Shown here one piece after another: positions 1 through 9,448 of a DNA stretch of 64,000 nt. Each line of letters opens with the position of its first letter. The first letter of the stretch is position 1. The notes under the pieces are model-generated. The model made no database searches and was not told the origin of the DNA. It saw nothing but the letters and a program-made list of their open reading frames with translations. A program made the position numbers and the translations under genes. This stretch comes from a virus, in the IMG/VR virus record IMGVR_UViG_3300027730_000009, positions 1-64,000 of that record. The stretch is one strand, 5' to 3'.

Positions 1-858
1 CTTGTCAACCCAAATAGCAGGGGTAAAGAACTCTCCCTGACGACGACGAGTTGTGTCTTCAACAATACGGTCAACAACTGCCGCCAACTTGTGTTTTTGG
101 CTTGGAGTGTATGAAGAGGAAAAGTGACCAAAGAACGAGGTAAAACCGTCACGGGAAGAGATAGGAATCTCACCGAAGGATTTAGTTACAACCATCTTAC
201 GTTTGGAAACTGGATGAAGGTAGTTATCCTCGTTGTTTACAAGAAGCTGAACAAACAAGTTAGCCCGTTCGTTCGTTGATAGTTTGTTTTTACCCAAAAC
301 CTTTTCATCAAAGTAACGGAATACTTCAGTGATATTCTTGTCAGTGACCAACACCTTACGTTGAACTTTGTCTGTCAAATCCTTAACCTTCTCAACACAA
401 TCCATAAAATTGTCAGAGTTAAATACAAAGGGTTTAATGTTTTCGTCTTGTATCAATTTCAAAACAAGTTCCGTGATTGTGTGGGCTTGGGAAGGTGCGG
501 TAGACCAATTCAAATCCATGTCCAAATAATCAATCACGTCGTTGACATGAAGTGCAGTACATTCGTTTCGGTCCGCAACAAAAATGGTTGACGGAGGAAC
601 CATTCCCTTATCATAGAACTTCTTAATGTAGAAGATTGATTGAGCCAGCACCTTAGCCAAGTCAGCTTTGTTGTACAGATTCAAGTCATCCTTGAATTCC
701 ATAAGGACTCGAACTCCATCGTTCTTAGACACACCGAATCCATCACAACCAAAAGGTGATGTAATTTGCATGTCCTTGAACTTCTTCAAGAAGTTGTGAC
801 GGTAAAGGTTCTCTACATCCTTTTCGTTAATCGCCGAGGCTAAGTTATCAGGTCCCAT
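1..858 (-). CDS. Type IIG-like restriction-modification enzyme, N-terminal part (PD-(D/E)xK nuclease then start of N6-adenine MTase); runs off the window
   Basis: Not in the ORF track. Hand translation from ATG at 858 is open to base 1: MGPDNLASAINEKDVENLY...CDGFG...VLMEFKDD...RRRQGEFFTPAIWVDK. GEFFTP is typical of type I/IIG m6A MTases; D...ExK is nuclease-like. Confidence 0.65.
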   Translation of the reverse strand, partial: MGPDNLASAINEKDVENLYRHNFLKKFKDMQITSPFGCDGFGVSKNDGVRVLMEFKDDLNLYNKADLAKVLAQSIFYIKKFYDKGMVPPSTIFVADRNECTALHVNDVIDYLDMDLNWSTAPSQAHTITELVLKLIQDENIKPFVFNSDNFMDCVEKVKDLTDKVQRKVLVTDKNITEVFRYFDEKVLGKNKLSTNERANLFVQLLVNNEDNYLHPVSKRKMVVTKSFGEIPISSRDGFTSFFGHFSSSYTPSQKHKLAAVVDRIVEDTTRRRQGEFFTPAIWVDK

Positions 859-885
859 GTTTTTTGTTTTTGTGGTTCAACACTT

Positions 886-918
886 CAAAGATAAATACAA
901 AACTTTGAATCTGCCAAA
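886..918 (-). promoter_or_regulatory. Bacteroidota housekeeping-type promoter
   Basis: Minus strand TTTG (918-915), 21 nt, TATCTTTG (893-886). Confidence 0.75.
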
Positions 919-925
919 TATTTTG

Positions 926-958
926 AAAAAAAAATACCCCCACTTTTGGTGAGGGTTT
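926..958 (-). terminator. Intrinsic terminator
   Basis: Minus strand CCCTCAC-CAAAA-GTGGGGG plus T tract just after the stop of 967..2247; near-identical copy at 29161-29180. Confidence 0.7.
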
Positions 959-966
959 AAAAAAGG

Positions 967-2247
967 TTAAAAGACCTTATTTGATTTTTTTAGGTTGTCC
1001 TTTTTCCGAAGTAATTGACCATTTTCTACGGTGGTTTGTCCCCCTTTAGAGTAAGGTTTGATGTGGTCCGCGTGGTATTCTTTTCCGTTAAGTGCTTGAA
1101 GGACTGAAATCTTTTCACTAGTCCCGTCCAACTTATTAACCACACCGTTGGTCTTAACGAACATCTCAATTTTTTCATCCTCGGTGTAAACTCGGTTACG
1201 GTCTAAACTGATGAAGTAATCTCCCACAAATGGTAACATGTCACTATAGATACGGGAGTATTTTTTCGACAAGTCTTTTGAGTAACGCTGCCAATCATTC
1301 CAATTCACAGCACGAGTAACATCGGCAACCTCGAATTTTTCGATAATCCGTGTCTCCTCTAATTCCACATATTTTTTTGCAAAGTCCTCAATTACCTCAA
1401 AGTTTAGTTTATACCCATGCTCACGATACATTTCAGTGAGATAAATGAAAAGGTTTAACGAGAAAGTCTTCTTTACTTTATACTTACCATCTAAAATAAT
1501 GGTAATAACTTTAGACCACAAGAAAATCGCAATCTCGAATTGGTCCTTGTGGTCAATATGGTTTCGAAGGTACAGCGCATCGAGTAAGTCTTGTTTCAAC
1601 CCATCGGGATTGGTTTGATGGTAAGCCAAGTAATAACCTAAAGTTTCATCTACCTTTCGGGTACGCATTTCCTTTATGGTCAAGAATTCACCGAAAATTG
1701 GTGAGTATTGGTTGGTTAGGTGTCGAACATATTGGGCAATGGGACCAGGTAATACATTACGCTTGTCTGCTTTATTCCAAGGTACTCCCATGTTTACCTT
1801 ACCCGCCATTTCATGCATTTCAAAGAATGTCAAGTTCATATAAACCGAAAGCTGAATTTCATGTTGGAAAAAAGTTTTAAGTTCATCACTCATGTTTTTA
1901 AACATGCCGCATTGCATCTCATACCTCTCATTGAGGTACTTAGTACGGTTACCACCATCTATTGAAATATATTGTTTACCCTCCTCAAAGTATTCTTTGA
2001 AGACTTGGTAGTCCTCCATGTTATTTGTGTGTTTTGCATGGTTCATTGCCGTTTCAATGTCAGCTAGAATGATTGGTGTAGGAGTCATGTTACGAAGGAT
2101 TGCTTCATAATACCCATCTTTGTTTTTTTTACCCCAAACAAAATCTCGTTGGATTGAAGGAAGGAATAGTGTGGTGTCTTCTGAATAGTTCTCCACAAAA
2201 TTTCGTACTGAAGTAGTACTATTTTTGATGTAAATACGGTTGGTCAT
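967..2247 (-). CDS. GmrSD-family protein (DUF262 + C-terminal HNH), type IV restriction-like
   Basis: LPSIQRDFVW and SIDGGNRT (DUF262 QR and DGQQR-like motifs); HADHIKPYSKGGQTTVENGQLL..N (HNH). Confidence 0.8.
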   Translation of the reverse strand: MTNRIYIKNSTTSVRNFVENYSEDTTLFLPSIQRDFVWGKKNKDGYYEAILRNMTPTPIILADIETAMNHAKHTNNMEDYQVFKEYFEEGKQYISIDGGNRTKYLNERYEMQCGMFKNMSDELKTFFQHEIQLSVYMNLTFFEMHEMAGKVNMGVPWNKADKRNVLPGPIAQYVRHLTNQYSPIFGEFLTIKEMRTRKVDETLGYYLAYHQTNPDGLKQDLLDALYLRNHIDHKDQFEIAIFLWSKVITIILDGKYKVKKTFSLNLFIYLTEMYREHGYKLNFEVIEDFAKKYVELEETRIIEKFEVADVTRAVNWNDWQRYSKDLSKKYSRIYSDMLPFVGDYFISLDRNRVYTEDEKIEMFVKTNGVVNKLDGTSEKISVLQALNGKEYHADHIKPYSKGGQTTVENGQLLRKKDNLKKSNKVF

Positions 2248-2275
2248 GATTTAGTGGTTTATGTTAAACTTGAGT

Positions 2276-2307
2276 CAAAGTAAAGGCAAAGAAATAACAC
2301 TGCCAAA
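2276..2307 (-). promoter_or_regulatory. Bacteroidota-type promoter, variant -7 element
   Basis: TTTG, 20 nt, TTACTTTG upstream of the DUF262-HNH gene. Confidence 0.5.
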
Positions 2308-2312
2308 TAATC

Positions 2313-2807
2313 CTAAAATAAATTTATTCTAACTAAGAATTTATCACGGAACTTTATCTTAGGAATCAAGTATCCCGAGGAATTGGAACCTGGGTCTCCC
2401 CCGACACCAACCCTAAAGTTGTTCTCATCAATTAACTTCTTGAGGTCTTGGACTTTTATCATCCATAACTCACCCAAGAACTTGAAATAGTATACAAACC
2501 AATCGGCCTCAGTGACCTTAATACCTGAGTTTTTCCCACGACAAGAAAACTCAATAAATATGTTACCAGTATCCCTACCTTTGATTACTTTATCATTCAC
2601 CTTACTTGGTGGAATACAATAGACATCAGTCTTGGATTCAAAAGTTTGAACACCCGAGTTTTCAAAATCGATTTTAAAATCCCATGTATAGTCTTTCTTC
2701 TTCTCAAGTAAAGTTCCCTTCCAACCTTTGGTTAGAAAATCTATGATGTAATCCTCACCGGCTTCACCCTCGATAATATCTTTACGAAATGAATATTCAG
2801 CCATCAA
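2313..2807 (-). CDS. PD-(D/E)xK-like phage nuclease
   Basis: GEAGE...WDF...FESKTD...TGNIFIEF...SGIKVTEADW. Confidence 0.6.
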   Translation of the reverse strand: MMAEYSFRKDIIEGEAGEDYIIDFLTKGWKGTLLEKKKDYTWDFKIDFENSGVQTFESKTDVYCIPPSKVNDKVIKGRDTGNIFIEFSCRGKNSGIKVTEADWFVYYFKFLGELWMIKVQDLKKLIDENNFRVGVGGDPGSNSSGYLIPKIKFRDKFLVRINLF

Positions 2808-3121
2808 TATTTTTGGATTTGTGAGATTATCTTTTCCCTGAGTGTTAAGTCCTTCACTTCGTGTAAAATCTCCTCTAAAAGAGTCTGTATGTGTTTCTTA
2901 CCCCGTTCTTTGGACCTCTTACGGGAATTAATCTCAACTAAGTACAGATGATAAGCGATTTCATCAATCTCTTTGAGTTTATCATAATACTTTTCTAATC
3001 TCGAATCCAACTTTCTATGTCGGGAAATGTCCAAGACCGTTGGTATGGCTTTATGGAGCTCATCCAATCTACCTCGTAGGTATTGAATCTCTCCGTATTT
3101 TTGAATTTGTTGTTCTGTCAT
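2804..3121 (-). CDS. hypothetical protein
   Basis: 105-aa ORF overlapping the downstream gene start. Confidence 0.7.
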   Translation of the reverse strand: MTEQQIQKYGEIQYLRGRLDELHKAIPTVLDISRHRKLDSRLEKYYDKLKEIDEIAYHLYLVEINSRKRSKERGKKHIQTLLEEILHEVKDLTLREKIISQIQKY

Positions 3122-3122
3122 A

Positions 3123-3446
3123 TTACATGTTGTTTAGAACGGCCCGTAACATATCGATTGATGTTTTATCTGCCACGGACTTTTTGGGTTTACTCTGAAG
3201 TTGTCGAAGAGCTCCCTCAATTTCTTCTCTTTCAGTCAAAACTACATTACCACTACGATGTCCACCCCTTTTTAATGGCGGTGAACTCGGAGTTTCAGGG
3301 GTATAATCCATCCTTGTTTCTACCTTGCGAGGTCTGTCAGCAATCTGAAAAACCTCAGGGTGATAAATCATCTGATAAATGCGAGCAGCAGTCATGGGGT
3401 TCTTAGTGACCCGATGGATGAGGAAGTATCGTATGAGTTTGAACAT
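3123..3446 (-). CDS. hypothetical protein (likely leaderless; start revised to ATG 3446)
   Basis: TATCTTTG at 3458-3451 lies 4 nt before ATG 3446. Confidence 0.6.
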   Translation of the reverse strand: MFKLIRYFLIHRVTKNPMTAARIYQMIYHPEVFQIADRPRKVETRMDYTPETPSSPPLKRGGHRSGNVVLTEREEIEGALRQLQSKPKKSVADKTSIDMLRAVLNNM

Positions 3447-3469
3447 ACGACAAAGATATAACAAATTTC

Positions 3470-3883
3470 TTACTTGACCAAATGAGATATAATCTCCTTT
3501 ACTCCACTGACTTGTTCGTCCAAGGGGTACTCAACCAACATCTTCATCGGGTCGAGGTCCAAGTAATCTAAACTCCAAAGTATTTGATTGTACTTACCAT
3601 CGTATATCTTTTCCCAAAACTTGTCTTTGTAGGGTCTAACATCCCCCCTTTTAGTCACTGCAGTTCTTACCCAACTTTCAGGTGAAGAGTGCACCAAATT
3701 GTAAAGGGTGATAAGATGAGAGTAATCTTCCCCTGTGAATTCTTTGTAAGTGGGTGAATCAGGGTCACCATCGATTGCGGGAGTGATAAAAACTACACCC
3801 TCATTCAAGAGTTTTTCAATGTCGAAAGGAAGTCTTTCTTTTACTTCATCCCTACCTTCTTGATAATCATAGACCAAATCCAT
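3470..3883 (-). CDS. hypothetical protein
   Basis: 137-aa ORF with TATTTATA just upstream. Confidence 0.7.
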   Translation of the reverse strand: MDLVYDYQEGRDEVKERLPFDIEKLLNEGVVFITPAIDGDPDSPTYKEFTGEDYSHLITLYNLVHSSPESWVRTAVTKRGDVRPYKDKFWEKIYDGKYNQILWSLDYLDLDPMKMLVEYPLDEQVSGVKEIISHLVK

Positions 3884-3900
3884 ATTTATAAATATTTATC
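3883..3900. promoter_or_regulatory. Bidirectional putative late-promoter motif TATTTAT(A)
   Basis: TATTTATAAATATTTATC between divergent genes gives the motif in the sense orientation of both. Confidence 0.5.
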
Positions 3901-3916
3901 ATAAAAGTAAAAACTT

Positions 3917-4312
3917 ATGAAACTCATCATTACCGAGTCACAATACAGAACAATTCACGAACAATTTAACTCTGCAGATGAAAACAATATCGTTGGGGAC
4001 CCATCAGAGAACACTTTAATGTTTGCCGATTTTCTTCTTAAACAAGATATTGTTGAGATTGGTAGAATGTTGGTTCTTGGAGATGAAATTGAAGTTTATG
4101 GATTTCAAAACCGAAAGTTTGAGTACTTTTTAGACAACTCAATGACTTTTAATGTTCACACAATTAATGGTGACGTTCATGTAAATGTTACAGCAAACGA
4201 TAATGATGATGAAGGGGATGATGAAATGAGAGACGAAGTTTTTCTTTACATCCAAGAGTTAGCAAGTCAATACCCATTTGTTAATTGGTATTTTGATGGT
4301 GCAAGACTTTAA
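3917..4312 (+). CDS. acidic protein with MKLIITESQ leader (putative virion-internal protein)
   Basis: N-terminal leader shared with other ORFs; upstream TATTTAT. Confidence 0.65.
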   Translation: MKLIITESQYRTIHEQFNSADENNIVGDPSENTLMFADFLLKQDIVEIGRMLVLGDEIEVYGFQNRKFEYFLDNSMTFNVHTINGDVHVNVTANDNDDEGDDEMRDEVFLYIQELASQYPFVNWYFDGARL

Positions 4313-4830
4313 TCTTCTTTTGAATATTCTGCAGTTCCGTCAGGGGTAACAAAGTAATTTCTAAGAAACTCCATATCATTTCGAACCTTATCTAACGACG
4401 AAACAATTTCTCCGTTTTCATCGGCTAAAAGTATATTTTCGTATTCTACAATTCTGGCTGGAATCTCTAACTTGTTTGCCTTTTCATAAGAAAATTTTCT
4501 ATGGTGTCCATCCATAATTAGGAAAACATCTTCGTTTTCAGGATGTTGAATAACCATAATAGGTTCTAATTCATCTCCCTTACTCAATTTTTTAATCATA
4601 TCCTGAACATTTTCATTTGACATAAGATAATCCTCATCTTTGAAAATCTCATTTTCCTTTACCATCCCTAAGGGAATGTAATAAGTCTCTGATGTTGGAA
4701 TCTCTTCACCATATTCCACGCCCATTCCTTTGGGGTAAACCATAATGAATGTGTCCAAGTTTTTTTTGTCTTGTTCAGAAATGAGTCCCATGACTTCTTT
4801 GATTCTTTTAATCTCTTCTTTTAAAATCAT
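4309..4830 (-). CDS. ParB/Srx-like domain protein with leader peptide
   Basis: EPIMV...FLIMDGHHR; N-terminus MILKEEIKRIKEVMGL. Confidence 0.7.
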   Translation of the reverse strand: MILKEEIKRIKEVMGLISEQDKKNLDTFIMVYPKGMGVEYGEEIPTSETYYIPLGMVKENEIFKDEDYLMSNENVQDMIKKLSKGDELEPIMVIQHPENEDVFLIMDGHHRKFSYEKANKLEIPARIVEYENILLADENGEIVSSLDKVRNDMEFLRNYFVTPDGTAEYSKED

Positions 4831-4831
4831 A

Positions 4832-5341
4832 TCAAAATGGATTTCGCAAACCCCTTTTTATCATTTCTGAATTTTCAGGGTTAAATTTTTTATCGGCGTA
4901 TGTTATAAAAATTTTCATTGCTTGTTCGATTTGAGGAAGATAACCTAAATTGTCCGCAAAATTAAGAAAACTCCGTGAAGGAATAAAATGGTCAGAATCA
5001 TCATAAACTAAAATCTTTTCAATGTTTCTCGCATTTTCAATTGAAGTTGGACGATTCACATAAAATGCAAATTTTTCATTACCCAAGGTTTCCATTACTT
5101 CAGGATTTTTCACAATTAATATCCCCAGACTACCCATGTCATAATGTCTTTCAAACATATCGGGGTCTTTTTCAGTTACACACCATTTTGTTTTAGCACC
5201 ATATTTACAAGTCGCATTGTGAGTTAAAGGTACTACCAAAAGAAAATCATCGGTTTCCATGAGTTTCACTCTTTCCTCATCTCCGATTTTATATTTTTCC
5301 AATAAAATATTAAATTGACTTTCCTTCAATACTATTTTCAT
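4832..5341 (-). CDS. AxCxYG..T(K/R)WC domain protein, paralogue 1
   Basis: LLVVPLTHNATCKYGAKTKWCVT...FERHY..GSL; leader MKIVLKESQ. Confidence 0.7.
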   Translation of the reverse strand: MKIVLKESQFNILLEKYKIGDEERVKLMETDDFLLVVPLTHNATCKYGAKTKWCVTEKDPDMFERHYDMGSLGILIVKNPEVMETLGNEKFAFYVNRPTSIENARNIEKILVYDDSDHFIPSRSFLNFADNLGYLPQIEQAMKIFITYADKKFNPENSEMIKRGLRNPF

Positions 5342-5364
5342 AATCTATAAATATCATTGTAAAT

Positions 5365-5392
5365 AAAAAATCCCCACCACAAGGGTGAGGGC
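5365..5392 (-). terminator. Intrinsic terminator
   Basis: Minus strand CCCTCACC-CTTGT-GGTGGGGA plus T tract. Confidence 0.65.
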
Positions 5393-5414
5393 TTATTTCC
5401 ATAAGGGATAACCC

Positions 5415-5963
5415 TTACAGAGCGTCAAACCACTTGACCAAAGCCTCAGCACTTGTGTTGTCAAGTAAGTTGTAACGATGAAGTTTCTTCATCGATTCTG
5501 AGTTACGACCAACCGTCAGTGACAGTTCGACATTGTGATTGTCCATGTTCGAACGAGGTGTACCACTCATAGCACGAAGGGTGAAAGAATTAAGACGGTA
5601 CTTATCCAAGACAAAAAACTGTGGAGTGAAACGATTTGCGCTGTCAATAAGACAGAACAAGTAGTTAGTGTGACGACCCCAAGGACGAATGTGACGGATT
5701 GAGTAGGTCTTGCTCGAACGAGAAAGGTAAGTAACTTTGGTCTCGTAGAAACGATTACCTTTTACCATGTCACCACGTTCTTCTGACGCATTTACTGTAG
5801 ACGCTCCGAGAGTCTGACGAATCTTCTCCTGAATACGGTCTCCGTACGCACTTGGGTTGAGTTTGACATAAGCCTCAGTGATTACACTGTTGAGGGTTTG
5901 GTTCATGTTCACAACCGCTTTGGTGGCGAACTTCTTTTCTGCTTGTTTGAGAAATTTAGACAT
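5415..5963 (-). CDS. putative restriction endonuclease-like protein
   Basis: GDM...FYETK PD-(D/E)xK-like spacing, basic; has its own promoter and terminator. Confidence 0.45.
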   Translation of the reverse strand: MSKFLKQAEKKFATKAVVNMNQTLNSVITEAYVKLNPSAYGDRIQEKIRQTLGASTVNASEERGDMVKGNRFYETKVTYLSRSSKTYSIRHIRPWGRHTNYLFCLIDSANRFTPQFFVLDKYRLNSFTLRAMSGTPRSNMDNHNVELSLTVGRNSESMKKLHRYNLLDNTSAEALVKWFDAL

Positions 5964-6007
5964 AACATTTATGTTGTTGGTTTTTAGTTAGTGGTTCAAC
6001 AACACCA

Positions 6008-6040
6008 CAAATATAAAAACAAAAAATTGACACTACCAAA
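6008..6040 (-). promoter_or_regulatory. Bacteroidota-type promoter
   Basis: TTTG (6040-6037), 21 nt, TATATTTG (6015-6008). Confidence 0.75.
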
Positions 6041-6086
6041 TTTTTTTTCTATTTTTTTATTAAATGACAAAAAAACTTTTCTTAAC

Positions 6087-6458
6087 ATGGAACCCGCAGG
6101 TAAATTAAAGGTAATCGGAGTCTTGGCTGTAGTGGTCATTCTCCTTATGATTGGTCGAAGTAAAGATGATGCGTCATTTGTAACCGAGTCTCAACCCTCA
6201 CACCACACCCTTAAAGAGAGACAACCCGAGCTTTCAACTCCAATGTATTATTTGGTGGTAGGTTCTTTTGCGGATATTGAAAACGCAAATACTTTTGGTC
6301 AGTCGGTAGAATCACTAAACTATCAGTTACACATTCTACCTCGTACCGACGGTTATGTCCGAGTAGGAATTTTTACCTCACCTCACAGAGATGTCGTAGT
6401 TGAATACCAAAAAATGTCTGAAGGTGATTTTCCAAAGTCTTGGATTACCTATCAATAA
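6087..6458 (+). CDS. membrane-anchored SPOR-domain protein (start revised to 6087)
   Basis: N-terminal TM helix; YYLVVGSFADIENA...YVRVGIF SPOR pattern. Confidence 0.7.
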   Translation: MEPAGKLKVIGVLAVVVILLMIGRSKDDASFVTESQPSHHTLKERQPELSTPMYYLVVGSFADIENANTFGQSVESLNYQLHILPRTDGYVRVGIFTSPHRDVVVEYQKMSEGDFPKSWITYQ

Positions 6459-6469
6459 AAAAAAATCAC

Positions 6470-6700
6470 TTAGTTTAAATCCTTGAATGGTTTTCCACCC
6501 CAACAAATTCGTATTACTTTTAAAGTTAACCAATGATGTTGCCCATCATACCACTCATGGTCATATGAGAAATCCCACCAACCAAAATAAATGGTCAGAT
6601 AGTCCAATCCTACTATTTTAGATAATTTTTGCCAGTGTCCACCAAATCTCTTGTGTTTCTTGTCGAAAACTTCAAAACCATTTTTAACTTTTTTCATCAA
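6470..6700 (-). CDS. hypothetical Trp-rich protein
   Basis: 76-aa ORF. Confidence 0.55.
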   Translation of the reverse strand: MMKKVKNGFEVFDKKHKRFGGHWQKLSKIVGLDYLTIYFGWWDFSYDHEWYDGQHHWLTLKVIRICWGGKPFKDLN

Positions 6701-6729
6701 GTATTCTTTTGGACCTTTACAGAATTAAA

Positions 6730-6996
6730 TTAATCCTTAACCTCATCAAAAGTAACCGCCAAATTATTTAAGAGTTTAATTACAAACTCTAATCCATGTA
6801 CATCTTTAATTTCTTGGAACCGTGGAATAAAAATTCTTTCAAAATAATCAAGTTTTCTGATTGTACTTTTTTCTTCTTCAGATTTACCTAACATGTTAAA
6901 TCCAAAACTATTCATGTCCTTCATCGGTTCTTCTTTAATTACCTTCTCAATTAGGTTAACCAAATCGGTTTCAGAGATTCTAACTTTATTTCCCAT
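6730..6996 (-). CDS. protein with KVRISETDLVNLIEKVIKE leader
   Basis: Leader motif; TATTTAT upstream (7009-7003). Confidence 0.65.
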   Translation of the reverse strand: MGNKVRISETDLVNLIEKVIKEEPMKDMNSFGFNMLGKSEEEKSTIRKLDYFERIFIPRFQEIKDVHGLEFVIKLLNNLAVTFDEVKD

Positions 6997-7038
6997 AATA
7001 CAATAAATATACTTTTAACAATAACTATTTATAAAACA

Positions 7039-7647
7039 ATGAAAATTATTGTAAATGAATCTCAACTTAAGTTGCTAACAGAACAAATTGAAGGGTTAGA
7101 TGAGTTTAAATTAAAAAGTTTTGCGTCTTACCCCGAAATAATTGAGTTTTGGGATGTTATTGAAAATCATATACAAAAATCAGGTGTAAAAAAAATTGAA
7201 TTGGGTAAACTGCGAATGGGTATTGCAGTTGCACTAATTAATGGTATTATTTTTAGTGAGAATGTTTTTAAACAACCACTACCTTTGTTCTTATTTTCTG
7301 TATTTCATGAATTTGCCCACCAATATCAATTTAAAAAATATGGTAAAGAAAAAATGTTGAAACTTTACACAAATGAAATGTCCATTGGAGAAGCCGCAAA
7401 ATTGATGAAAGAAATTGAATTGGTTGCAGATGAATTTGCAACAAGAAAATTAAGAGAATTACAAAAAAATGGTTTTTTAAAAAATATTATCATACCAAAT
7501 GGTTTTTACAAACAAATGCCCCTCTCAACATTTGAGAAAACTATAGAATACTTAAAATCCCAAATTAAAGACTTGAAACTCACTTCACCTGATGAAATCA
7601 GTAATGTGTTTTATAATTGGTTAAAACTTGAAGTTCAGAATTCTTAG
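7039..7647 (+). CDS. HExxH zincin-like metallopeptidase with leader peptide
   Basis: FHEFAHQYQ...ELVADEFA; MKIIVNESQLKLLTE; TATTTATA at 7026-7033. Confidence 0.65.
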   Translation: MKIIVNESQLKLLTEQIEGLDEFKLKSFASYPEIIEFWDVIENHIQKSGVKKIELGKLRMGIAVALINGIIFSENVFKQPLPLFLFSVFHEFAHQYQFKKYGKEKMLKLYTNEMSIGEAAKLMKEIELVADEFATRKLRELQKNGFLKNIIIPNGFYKQMPLSTFEKTIEYLKSQIKDLKLTSPDEISNVFYNWLKLEVQNS

Positions 7648-8249
7648 TGAACACACTTAATTTTGTGTTCATTCCATTTTTTTGTTGGTTTTTCATTTGG
7701 AAAGTAATAACATTCCCACTTCTTTGATGTTTCGAAATAAATGTGTTTGGTAAAACCCTTAGGTACCATTGCACCTGTTGGGATAACTAAAGAACTCTTA
7801 TCAAAATCCAATATTATCCTTACTGTTAGATTTTCTTTGTCATCCCATTTTCTTTCTTGTTCTTCAAGTAATCTCCATTCCCCCCTGTTTAAGTATTGGT
7901 CTTGTAAGGCACAATTAAGATATGAGAAAGTAGTTTTGAGATTATCCATATTATCTGAGAAAGTAGCTGCGGGAGCTAAGTGTCCTTTATCCCAAATATT
8001 TTTTGCATAATCGTTATGGTCTGAAGTATGAACATTAGGTTCTGTTTTAAAATCCATAGAACCACGATTTACATTTGTAGGTCTATTAATAGAACGATAA
8101 GTGAGTTCAAGTGGTTGTTCTAATGATTGAGAGTAATTTACCTCAAAAATTTGGTTTTTAACTTTAACATCTTTTAAAGCTTGTGCGGAAATAAAAATTA
8201 AACTTACAAGGCTTAATAGTATTAGTGATTTTATTTTAGTCATTTTCAA
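7644..8249 (-). CDS. secreted DNA/RNA non-specific endonuclease (NucA/EndA family)
   Basis: Signal peptide; WDKGHLAPAA, TFSYLNCALQ..LNRGEWRLLE. Confidence 0.9.
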   Translation of the reverse strand: MKMTKIKSLILLSLVSLIFISAQALKDVKVKNQIFEVNYSQSLEQPLELTYRSINRPTNVNRGSMDFKTEPNVHTSDHNDYAKNIWDKGHLAPAATFSDNMDNLKTTFSYLNCALQDQYLNRGEWRLLEEQERKWDDKENLTVRIILDFDKSSLVIPTGAMVPKGFTKHIYFETSKKWECYYFPNEKPTKKWNEHKIKCVH

Positions 8250-9448
8250 TAAATTAATTTATTTTTATTTGAGTATCCTGTGGTTAATAAATAGATGTTA
8301 GTTGAGCCACCTCTTACAGGGTTCGAGATAGTCATTGAAGACTGACCAAGAATTGTAGACTTAAGATTATTTGTGGAGTTTTTGATTGTTGTCCATTCAC
8401 CACTGTTGAACATTCTTACTGAAGGTGCAAGAATAGTATTGTTTTTTAGACCTGTTGTTACACCAAACAAAAGAAAACCATCCGATACAGTAATTCTCCC
8501 GTCATTGTTAATGTCCATTCTATAGTATTCTTTGGAAGTAATAGGAATAACACCTAAAACTAAATCAGACACATACTTAGCATCGGTAACCGATAAGGGA
8601 CTTGTTGTTGTTGGGTTGGGAACTACTATTTGAAACTGATAGTTGTTAATATCTAAACCTGTTGAACCGAAGTTGTAATTTCCAACGGCTGAGGTGTAAA
8701 CCGACCTATTATAATTGAATGTTGTTTGAACAGTTGAAGGTGTAAACTTATAAGAAGTACCTTGAGTTATGGACCATTGCACCGCGTTTTTTCCACCAAC
8801 AGGAACAACTTGTGTTCCTGTGATATTAGTAAGACCTAAAGTGGCGGAATATCCACCACATTGTGGTTTTGATTGAAGGTTAATGTCAATTTCATTTGTA
8901 GTTTCACTTAATACTATTTGCCAAATCACTGAAATACTCCTGCAATCATAAAATGGTACCCTGTTAAAATTAAAAACCATTTTTCTGTTTGGGGAACTTC
9001 CAGTCACATAATAATTCATTTGACCTGAGGAAGGAAACAAATCTTCCCAATCAGCTAAGATAGCATTCTTTGGTGCACTACCATTTGGTAAAAATTGGGC
9101 AACATAACCACTTGTTTGACCAGGTGAAAATCCTATCCAACCATTCGAACTGACATAAAATTGTGTGTAAGTGTTACCAAAATAGGTGAAATTAAAACCA
9201 ATATTAAAGGGTCCTTGAACACAATCATCACAACCGTTTACTGAGGTACCCCCCGCAAAGGCAAAATTAGAATATGTTGGGTTAGTAATTTCATAATTTG
9301 AAATATTTTTTGTTAAAAGTTGTACTTCAACACCTTGCACACCTACCTCATTCCCATCATAGATGTTACCCGAATAGGTAAATTCTTGTCCTTGCAAATG
9401 AAATACAAGAACTAAGAATAAAATACTGGCAACGAATTTTTTCATCAC
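8246..9448 (-). CDS. secreted dockerin-like domain protein
   Basis: Signal peptide; IGFNFTYFGNTY...SSNGWI beta domain; DINNDGRITVSD Ca-binding loop. Confidence 0.7.
   Translation of the reverse strand: MMKKFVASILFLVLVFHLQGQEFTYSGNIYDGNEVGVQGVEVQLLTKNISNYEITNPTYSNFAFAGGTSVNGCDDCVQGPFNIGFNFTYFGNTYTQFYVSSNGWIGFSPGQTSGYVAQFLPNGSAPKNAILADWEDLFPSSGQMNYYVTGSSPNRKMVFNFNRVPFYDCRSISVIWQIVLSETTNEIDINLQSKPQCGGYSATLGLTNITGTQVVPVGGKNAVQWSITQGTSYKFTPSTVQTTFNYNRSVYTSAVGNYNFGSTGLDINNYQFQIVVPNPTTTSPLSVTDAKYVSDLVLGVIPITSKEYYRMDINNDGRITVSDGFLLFGVTTGLKNNTILAPSVRMFNSGEWTTIKNSTNNLKSTILGQSSMTISNPVRGGSTNIYLLTTGYSNKNKLIY

Noticed and set aside
361-591. 76-aa plus-strand ORF and similar short antisense ORFs across the window
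   Set aside because: Lie opposite longer motif-bearing genes and lack initiation context.
5346-5353. Canonical T4 late promoter TATAAATA
   Set aside because: The octamer is consistently on the non-coding strand relative to the adjacent gene; the sense motif is TATTTATA.
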